NCBI GenBank assembly: GCA_030599585.1
Contig: JAUVNS010000004.1
Location: 1-64,000, forward strand
Origin: Promethearchaeota archaeon
GTDB taxonomy: Archaea; Asgardarchaeota; Lokiarchaeia; Sigyniarchaeales; SOKP01
Length of the DNA: 64,000 nt
Reading direction: 5' to 3'
The translations under genes were made by a program, and so were the position numbers. The notes under the pieces were generated by a model that was not told the DNA's origin, made no database searches, and worked only from the letters and a program-made list of their open reading frames with translations. This document shows positions 57,062-64,000 of the stretch, piece by piece. Within the stretch, counting starts at the first letter, position 1; each line of letters begins with the position of its first letter.

Positions 57062-58240
57062 ATGAAAATTACATCTAATACTGTAGATTTTACTACTAAA
57101 TATGTTATAGAAGCCAAGTTCAAAATTAAAGGTGTCGTTGCACAATCAGACATAGTGGGAGCAGTTTTTGGACAAACCGAGGGATTGCTCTTAGACTTGG
57201 ATTTACGTGATCTTCAAAAATCTGGACGAATCGGGAGAATTGAAGTTGATAACGAATCTAAGGATGGGATATCTGAAGGAATTATTAAAATCCCCTCTAG
57301 CCTAACTCGTAAAGAGACTGCTCTGTTAGCTGCGACTGTAGAAACAGTTTCTCGCGTAGGTCCTTGTGAGGCTGAAATTGAATTAATAGATATCCGAGAT
57401 GTCAGAGAATCTAAACGTAAACAAATTATTGAGCGTGCTGCAGAATTATTAAGAAAATGGGATGAGAATTCTTTAGAATCGAGCGAGATCGAAGAAAAAA
57501 TCGACGCAGGTATTAAACTTGGAGAAATAACATCTTGGGGTCCGGAGAACTTACCCGCAGGTCCCAATGTTGATTCTAGCCAAGAATTAATAATCGTTGA
57601 AGGTCGAGCAGATGTATTAAACCTCTTACGAATCGGAGTTAAAAATACCATTGCAACCCAAGGCACACACGTACCAAAATCTGTTGTAAAATTAATTAAG
57701 ACTAAAAAACCTGTGATAGCGTTCTTAGATGGAGATCGTGGGGGCACCATTATATTGAATGAATTAATGCAACGAGCAAAAGTTGATTTTGTAGCTAGAG
57801 CACCTGAAGGCTTAGAAGTTGAGGAACTTACTCGTAAACAAATGATTAAAGCTCTTCAGAACAAGAAACCCGCAAGGGATAAAAAAACATCATATAGCAA
57901 AGCGAAAAAGGAAGATGCTGGAAAAGGCACTTTGTTGGAAAAATTGCTTAAGAAGTTAAAAGTAAAAAATCAGAAAGCGTTAATCGATAGTCTCGAGAAA
58001 ATTGAGCCCGGATATAGTATAGGATTTAATAAGAGTATGGAGAAACTATTTGAACTCCCAGTGGGAGAAGTCTTTGCAAAAATTAATGAGTTTAAAGATA
58101 CTCAATTTCTAGTAATATACGGAATTCTCTCTAAACGATTGATCTCACTAATAGTAAAGATGAAAGTAAAATTTATCGCATGCAAGAACAAAGAGGAAGA
58201 ATTACGAGTACCAGATCAGGTCGCAGTTTATTACTTTTAA
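57062..58240 (+). CDS. dnaG: Archaeal DnaG (exosome-associated, TOPRIM)
   Basis: GAVFGQTEGL, QKSGRIGRI, VEGRADV and FLDGDRGG. Start is ATG 57062 or ATT 57068, not TTG 56981. Confidence 0.95.
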   Translation: MKITSNTVDFTTKYVIEAKFKIKGVVAQSDIVGAVFGQTEGLLLDLDLRDLQKSGRIGRIEVDNESKDGISEGIIKIPSSLTRKETALLAATVETVSRVGPCEAEIELIDIRDVRESKRKQIIERAAELLRKWDENSLESSEIEEKIDAGIKLGEITSWGPENLPAGPNVDSSQELIIVEGRADVLNLLRIGVKNTIATQGTHVPKSVVKLIKTKKPVIAFLDGDRGGTIILNELMQRAKVDFVARAPEGLEVEELTRKQMIKALQNKKPARDKKTSYSKAKKEDAGKGTLLEKLLKKLKVKNQKALIDSLEKIEPGYSIGFNKSMEKLFELPVGEVFAKINEFKDTQFLVIYGILSKRLISLIVKMKVKFIACKNKEEELRVPDQVAVYYF

Positions 58241-58297
58241 ACCTAAAAAGTTTTTTACTACTTTTTTTTAATAATTAATAATCCTAATAATTAAGTG

Positions 58298-58729
58298 TTA
58301 AATCTGGTTGCAATTAACTGTAATAGGTAACCCATCTGCTATTGAGCTTGTTACTATACAATTTTCCTTAAATTCTTTTACGCATTTATTAATTCTTTCC
58401 TTTGTAGTATTTTCCTTTACAGTAAAATTCATCTCAACATCCACATTAACTAATTTCAAACGTTTTTTAGGACCGATATGAGATAATTTACCATCAACTA
58501 ACACGTTACATGCATTTAATTCTATGTTCATTTTTTGAAGACAATAGATAAATGTTGTTCCTAAACAGCCTCCAATACCAACTAATAAATATTCTACTGC
58601 GCTTGGTCCTAGATTTGTTCCATGAAAAGAGGCAGGCTCATCAACATTAAAATCATTGAAATTTCTTACAGAAGCTTTGAAATGAAGGTCTTTATTATAG
58701 GCTAAGGTTACTTTCATAAAACTCAACAA
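58298..58729 (-). CDS. OsmC/Ohr-family protein
   Basis: VDEP...G...GPSAVE...GGC and C-terminal CIV..SI. Confidence 0.85.
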   Translation of the reverse strand: MLSFMKVTLAYNKDLHFKASVRNFNDFNVDEPASFHGTNLGPSAVEYLLVGIGGCLGTTFIYCLQKMNIELNACNVLVDGKLSHIGPKKRLKLVNVDVEMNFTVKENTTKERINKCVKEFKENCIVTSSIADGLPITVNCNQI

Positions 58730-58776
58730 TAAAAACTATTTTAATTAAAGATGAAAAGAAGTTTAATTTTAAAACT

Positions 58777-59028
58777 CTAACGAATTCCTAAAAGACCATT
58801 TATCAAAGTCCAGATAAGTTGAATCACGTAAGATAGAACTCCTAACACTAATATTCCAATAGCACATATCTTAAACACTAAGAAGTAATCTTTCCTTCCT
58901 GGTTTATTAGCAATTTTGATAATTCTTTTCGAATTTTGAAAAAAGACGCCTATGCGCTCGTAAAGGGATAATTTCCCCTTTTTATCGTATTTTGAATATT
59001 GATCATATTTAGGATAATTATTTGACAC
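58777..59028 (-). CDS. secE: Protein translocase SecE/Sec61-gamma
   Basis: RIIKIANKP...Y...KICAIG plus C-terminal TM; follows ftsY. Confidence 0.9.
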   Translation of the reverse strand: MSNNYPKYDQYSKYDKKGKLSLYERIGVFFQNSKRIIKIANKPGRKDYFLVFKICAIGILVLGVLSYVIQLIWTLINGLLGIR

Positions 59029-59085
59029 AAATAGATTAAAAATAAATATTTAAAAAATTTAACTATTAGTTTGGTAATTCGTTTT

Positions 59086-59988
59086 CTAATCTTCCTTAAT
59101 GCCTAGTATATTAGAAATGAATACTTGAATGTTGAAGGGTTCTAGATCGTCATAACCTTGTCCGATACCCACGAAGAGAATTGGTTTTTTAGTTTCGTAT
59201 GAAATTGATAATGCAGATCCTCCCTTCGCATCAGCATCAAATTTAGTTAGGATGTTAGCGTCGATTCCTACACTTTTATTGAATTCTTTTGCTTGGGTTA
59301 ACGCGTCATTACCCGCAAGACTATCGCCAATAAACAAAATTAGATCCGGCTCAGCCACCTTCACAATTTTTTGCATTTCTCTCATCAAATTCTTATTACT
59401 AACTTGTCTCCCTGCAGTGTCTACTAAAACGACATCAACATTTTTTGCTTCTGCGTGTTGAATCGCATCGAACGCAACGCTCGCAGGATCAGATTTGTAT
59501 GCGTGTTTAATAACTCTAATTCCAACATTTTGCATATGGTAGGATAGTTGTTCTAAAGCACCAGCTCTAAAAGTATCTGCTGCTGCTGCTACAGAAGATA
59601 TATCATTCTTTTTTAGATAATGAGCTATTTTTGCAATCGTTGTAGTTTTGCCAGTTCCATTAACTCCTAGAAAACACATAACATAAGGTTTATTTTGCTT
59701 GTTAACATTCCTAATCTCATCAATTAAATTGATCTCTCTTTCTGGAGTTAAAATTTCTTTAACTACTTCTCTTAAAATATCAAAAAGAAACTTTTTTTTT
59801 GATGTTAAACGACTTATTTGTTCACCTTTCAGAGATTCACTAACTTTTTGGCAAAGGGCATCAGCAGTTTCTATGGCTACATCATTACTGATTAAAAGTA
59901 AATTAAGTTCTTTTAATGTGCTTTCTAAATTATCGGATGTCAGTGTTTTTTTAACAAAAGTAGAGAAAATATTACCTAATTTTTTCAT
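59086..59988 (-). CDS. ftsY: SRP receptor FtsY
   Basis: GVNGTGKTTT, DTFRAGA, DTAGR and TKFDADAKGG. Confidence 0.96.
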   Translation of the reverse strand: MKKLGNIFSTFVKKTLTSDNLESTLKELNLLLISNDVAIETADALCQKVSESLKGEQISRLTSKKKFLFDILREVVKEILTPEREINLIDEIRNVNKQNKPYVMCFLGVNGTGKTTTIAKIAHYLKKNDISSVAAAADTFRAGALEQLSYHMQNVGIRVIKHAYKSDPASVAFDAIQHAEAKNVDVVLVDTAGRQVSNKNLMREMQKIVKVAEPDLILFIGDSLAGNDALTQAKEFNKSVGIDANILTKFDADAKGGSALSISYETKKPILFVGIGQGYDDLEPFNIQVFISNILGIKED

Positions 59989-60020
59989 CGATTTAATCAC
60001 AAAAAAGAGTTTACCATAAA

Positions 60021-60437
60021 TTACTGTTGACTCATCCTGTTTTGAAGCATTTGATTCATTCCTTGAAGATTCATATCTAAGGCAAAGATTCTTTCCTTGA
60101 GAAATTTTAATTGGTTATTGTGTTGCTCAATAAGTTTATTTAAAAATTCAATGGCTTCTTCCACAGTTTTTTCAATAACCGTATCTTGATTTACAGACAC
60201 AAGAACATTTTTGGTATCTTTAATCGTTGCTTTTATGCTTGCCAATCCTCCAATGGGGATTAGTATTTCGTCGTTTTCGTTAACGCCCTCGAGAAGACTA
60301 TCCAAAGTTCGTTTAGTATTAAAAAGATTTCCAAGAGAAGCATTTACAATTTCGAATTGACCTTGAAACACATCTCTCTGTTCTTTAAGATATCTAAACT
60401 GATTTACTTGTTGTTCAAAATTTTGGTTATTTTCCAT
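60021..60437 (-). CDS. pfdA: Prefoldin alpha subunit
   Basis: EILIPIGG double beta-hairpin, EKTVEEAIEFL and conserved gene order. Confidence 0.9.
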   Translation of the reverse strand: MENNQNFEQQVNQFRYLKEQRDVFQGQFEIVNASLGNLFNTKRTLDSLLEGVNENDEILIPIGGLASIKATIKDTKNVLVSVNQDTVIEKTVEEAIEFLNKLIEQHNNQLKFLKERIFALDMNLQGMNQMLQNRMSQQ

Positions 60438-60464
60438 ACAAATCAACTTTTTTTTAAAAATTAT

Positions 60465-60698
60465 CTATTTAGATAATTCTCGTATTAGATAATCTTGAGC
60501 TTCGTCAGGAGATATTACTTTTATTTCTTTAATTTTAATTTGTCTTCTTAAAATACCTATCGAGGTAATTTGAGTTAAAGCTTTTTCTAAGGCATCTTTC
60601 TCCTTTAAAGCTCGAACCTCCTTCCGAAATAAATATTTTCTGAACTTCTTATTATAAGTTCCTATGATCCTAAAAATCTTAATTTCACTTTCTGACAT
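60465..60698 (-). CDS. rpl18a: 50S ribosomal protein eL20 (L18a/LX)
   Basis: KIFRIIG...FRKEVRAL...ALEK...RRQIKI; lies between eif6 and pfdA. Confidence 0.88.
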   Translation of the reverse strand: MSESEIKIFRIIGTYNKKFRKYLFRKEVRALKEKDALEKALTQITSIGILRRQIKIKEIKVISPDEAQDYLIRELSK

Positions 60699-60805
60699 AA
60701 GTTAACACTTCCAATACATCAACGAAGTTGAACATGATAATAATTTTAAAAATATTAAATTTTGCTTTTTTAATAGGACTAAAGATAACTTTTGGATAGT
60801 AAGAT

Positions 60806-61486
60806 TTATAACATTAACACATTAGTTAAACGCATCATTTCAGGACCCGTGCATTGATGACCAAAGATGCCACTTCGATCGTTGACAACCGCACCTGAAG
60901 AGAGATAGGGTATACCTCTGTTTACAGTAGATACATCTGTTTCATTGACTTTTAAAATATCGGTAATTATTTCGATCTCGTCGTCGGTTGTTAATGGATG
61001 CACTAGACAGCCTTTATTGTTAGCAACTGAAATCGATCCGGGAAGATTCATATCTACGTATTCATAAACTATAGTTTCAACCTTTAAAATATCTTCAATT
61101 ACGTTCTTGTACTCCTTTAAGAAAGAAGAGATTATCGCACCTTTATCATTACATAATATTAAATTACCAAATGCATTATCTTTAGATTTAAGAACTCCTA
61201 TTTGATAATCACTGTTTAAATTGGTTGTGTACGTCTTTAAATTTTGAAGTTCTTCCTCTCTAATTATGTGTGGAACGATTATTCCATTTTTATTACTTGC
61301 TGTGTATACTCCTATTAAGCTGGAATTATTAATCGAAATAGGAAAAAAAGGTTCCTTGAATGCGCTTTTAATTTTTTCAATTGCTGGTGCGATTAGAGTA
61401 GGAGGGTATAAGCCATAAAGGTTATTTACAGCTAAGTAAACACCTACCGAATTCCCTCCAAAAACCTGATACTTTAAAATCGTCAT
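60806..61486 (-). CDS. eif6: Translation initiation factor aIF6
   Basis: GNLILCND, NNKGCLVHP, TVNRG and TGPEM. Confidence 0.95.
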   Translation of the reverse strand: MTILKYQVFGGNSVGVYLAVNNLYGLYPPTLIAPAIEKIKSAFKEPFFPISINNSSLIGVYTASNKNGIIVPHIIREEELQNLKTYTTNLNSDYQIGVLKSKDNAFGNLILCNDKGAIISSFLKEYKNVIEDILKVETIVYEYVDMNLPGSISVANNKGCLVHPLTTDDEIEIITDILKVNETDVSTVNRGIPYLSSGAVVNDRSGIFGHQCTGPEMMRLTNVLML

Positions 61487-61776
61487 TTAACAAAACTAAC
61501 TTATATTTTATGTGTTGGATAAAGTTTCAAATCATAAATATTTTATTAAAAATGCGTAGGATTAATAGGTCTACTACAAACCATTTAGAATTTTTATTCT
61601 TAACAATTCTCCTCCCAAAGCTTAAGACAATCCTGATTTGTAAGGACTCTCCATTTTAATGTGTGAACAAATATGTAATTGCCTTTTTCTTTTTTAAAAC
61701 ACGTTGGCCATAACCTTACTAAGGTAAATGGCATTTTCGTAAACCTTTATAAGTGAGTTAATAACAATTATGAATT

Positions 61777-64000
61777 ATGATAAATTGGATTATAGCACTC
61801 TTTTACTTTTTAGAAGAGCTAGGTTTTTTGAAAATTGAAGACATGATCACAAAGAATCTTCCTATATTATTGATTTGCCGTGGCTTCTATTGTCTCACCT
61901 ATGTTCTTAAATATTACAAGAGTCGTAGCGGAATTCCAAACGATGCAAATTCTCTATTTGCTCAAAAAGAAGTCAGCTATTTTATCCTAAAACAAGCAAT
62001 ATTAATCCTCTTTGGAACGATATACTTACCTTTTGCTATTTTCATATCATTCTATTCATTAATGGCGAGCGGGAACTACATTAAAATTGTAGCTGAAAAT
62101 AGAGGAAACAAGTATTTAGCTTTAATAGGAAAACTAATCAATGTTACATCACCTTTATTTGGAATTCTTTGGTATACTTTCATCTCCCTGGATTATTACT
62201 CTATTGCCGCTATAGGTGTAAGTATTGCTGCATTTTTACATTACGGACTAAAAATTTCGTCGTTATCTACAGAAAAGTTGTTAGAAAAGTATCAGAGAAG
62301 GCGTATAGCGAAAGTACCTAAAGTTCTCCAATATATTCTAATTATTTTTCTAATAGCCTTTCCATCAACAGTGATTATAGGTACTGGGGTCTATAAAGTT
62401 CAAGAAAAACAAACTTTTATGGTTCCAATGCGAGACGATATTAATCTCGCTACAGATGTTTATTTTGCTCCTGGTTCCTTTGGAGCTCCTCGTCCGGTAA
62501 TTTTGATAAGAACTCCTTACGATAAATCTGGTTGGGCACAGGAGTTATATTCTCCTATATATTTACTTCAAGATTACCATTTAGTTATTCAGGATTTAAG
62601 GGGCACCCACGATTCTGAAGGGGGAAATGATTTTCTTTTATTTGTTAATTCGTATAATGATGGTGTTGATACAATCGAGTGGTTGATGAATCAAAGCTGG
62701 TGTAATAAAAAGATCGCAAGTGCTGGCGTTTCGGCTCTATGTCTTAACCAATACTATTACGCTGGAATGGGTCCCGAAGGGCTTCTTGCTCAACAGCTCT
62801 GGTTTGGAACCCCTGAAATGTTTGATCACGCAATTTTTCAAGGATCCTATCATAAATCCTCGGTTGAAACGTGGATAAAGAGCACATCCCCATCAAATTG
62901 GGAGTTTCAAGTAGACACGCTTTTTTCTAAAACAATTCCAAAAAATGATATACTCTACAATTCAACCTCGCTTTCAATTCCAATTGGACCGCATTATTCT
63001 AATGTTTCTGTCTATGGAATTCATGTTGGTGGTTGGTATGATCATTTTTTACAAGGAACACTTGATGGTTACATCGGTTACGACGATTTTGGAACTACTA
63101 GAGCACAAGGACATCAAAAATTAGTAATGGGTCCATGGACACATGGTTCGATTTATGGTGGGCAACAGGGAGAGCTATTATATCCTGATAATTCTAATGG
63201 ATTTGATTTATTACTCGATTGGGAAGCCGAGATTTTCGACGAAGCATTGTTAGGTATTCCCGCGGATTGGACTGGAGCGAGAGTTGCATATTATCTAATG
63301 GGTGATGTCGACGTTGCCTCTGAAGATTGGAATTATTGGAGATATGCATACGATTGGCCATTAGATCATATAGATGATGCGTGGTATTTCACTGCGGATG
63401 GAGGATTAAGTAAAACATCTGCTGGCTTAGTAAACAAAAATTTTTCTTATTCATATGATCCTCGACATGTCGTTCCAAATTTAGGAGGCCAAAATCAACC
63501 GTTCGATTTAGCAGGTCCCATGGATCAAAGATCGATAGAAAGTCGATCTGATGTATTGGTATTTGAGAGTTCTGTATTAACTGAAACGGTGGAGACCGTG
63601 GGAAGAATATGGGGCAATTTATTCGTTTCATCAAATTGTACGGACACAGATTTCACTATAAAGTTGACGGATGTATACCCCGATGGGCGATCAATGTTAG
63701 TTACTGATGGATCCTTAACTGTTAGATATAGATACAATTATACATCTGAAGTTTTTATGTCAGGAAATCAAAACGATGTTTATGAATTATTGATTGATTG
63801 TTGGTCATCAGCTTATTCTTTCGCACCAGGACACAAGATTAGAATTGTAATTTCGAGTTCTAATTATCCACGTTTTGCTGCAAATCCTAATACTGGAGCT
63901 CCATTAGCCAGAGAATATCTGATCTCAAATATAGCAAATAATACGCTTCTTGTAGGGCCACTATACAATTCAAGCATCATCTTACCCAGATTAGTTAATA
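61777..64000 (+). CDS. CocE/NonD-family serine hydrolase with N-terminal membrane region (3'-truncated; not in ORF track)
   Basis: Frame 1 read by hand: VPMRDDINLATDVY, RTPY, QDLRG, GVSALC, GGWYD, GPWTHG, DTDF..KL.DVYPDG and SSNYPRF. Confidence 0.9.
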   Translation, partial: MINWIIALFYFLEELGFLKIEDMITKNLPILLICRGFYCLTYVLKYYKSRSGIPNDANSLFAQKEVSYFILKQAILILFGTIYLPFAIFISFYSLMASGNYIKIVAENRGNKYLALIGKLINVTSPLFGILWYTFISLDYYSIAAIGVSIAAFLHYGLKISSLSTEKLLEKYQRRRIAKVPKVLQYILIIFLIAFPSTVIIGTGVYKVQEKQTFMVPMRDDINLATDVYFAPGSFGAPRPVILIRTPYDKSGWAQELYSPIYLLQDYHLVIQDLRGTHDSEGGNDFLLFVNSYNDGVDTIEWLMNQSWCNKKIASAGVSALCLNQYYYAGMGPEGLLAQQLWFGTPEMFDHAIFQGSYHKSSVETWIKSTSPSNWEFQVDTLFSKTIPKNDILYNSTSLSIPIGPHYSNVSVYGIHVGGWYDHFLQGTLDGYIGYDDFGTTRAQGHQKLVMGPWTHGSIYGGQQGELLYPDNSNGFDLLLDWEAEIFDEALLGIPADWTGARVAYYLMGDVDVASEDWNYWRYAYDWPLDHIDDAWYFTADGGLSKTSAGLVNKNFSYSYDPRHVVPNLGGQNQPFDLAGPMDQRSIESRSDVLVFESSVLTETVETVGRIWGNLFVSSNCTDTDFTIKLTDVYPDGRSMLVTDGSLTVRYRYNYTSEVFMSGNQNDVYELLIDCWSSAYSFAPGHKIRIVISSSNYPRFAANPNTGAPLAREYLISNIANNTLLVGPLYNSSIILPRLVN

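Noticed and set aside
61600-61734. 44-codon minus-strand ORF upstream of eif6, where eL39/eL31 usually lie
   Set aside because: The translation (MPFTLVRLWPTCFKK...) does not resemble eL39 or eL31; no support for coding.
1534-63737. Many short ORFs in the track overlapping long genes (e.g. 1534-1785, 4292-4561, 7004-7282, 10874-11260, 15934-16353, 18244-18453, 57214-57750, 59699-60019, 63389-63634)
   Set aside because: Antisense or out-of-frame shadows of well-supported genes, with no motifs.
1-64000. Selenocysteine or genome-wide pyrrolysine recoding
   Set aside because: No in-frame TGA at a catalytic Cys position was seen, and TAG ends several full-length conserved genes (cdhE, ftsY, secE).

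Overview
AT-rich archaeal chromosomal window, most likely an Asgard archaeon of the Lokiarchaeia type. This is inferred from eS26, eL20, aIF6, prefoldin, Gar1-TFB, roadblock proteins, ArcS/RaSEA, a Wood-Ljungdahl corrinoid Fe-S subunit and large lineage-specific ORFs. No rRNA, tRNA, CRISPR array or transposase was recognised. Left part: an acyl-CoA dehydrogenase-rubredoxin fusion and a co-oriented sulfur/oxidative-stress cluster (tusA; an iscS lacking its PLP lysine; an iscU fused to a degenerate thioredoxin-reductase domain; a CoA-persulfide reductase-rhodanese-TusA-rhodanese fusion; rubrerythrin; desulfoferrodoxin). Middle: transporters, RNase Z, cdhE, a PIN-TPR protein and a Co/Ni ECF transporter. 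Right: tfb, archaeosine genes, ahcY, an ArsA/Get3 ATPase, dnaG, and eif6-rpl18a-pfdA-ftsY-secE. Best leads: (1) an unannotated, highly structured ~315-nt intergenic RNA candidate (45777-46093); (2) repeated evidence for non-canonical initiation (ATT, possibly ATA/GTT), which hides eS26, Gar1 and a ubiquitin-like protein from the ORF track; (3) a possibly desulfurase-independent Fe-S/persulfide system; (4) two candidate regulatory RNA leaders (12740-12903 and 26936-27084). All calls were made by eye from motifs; no database search or folding program was run.
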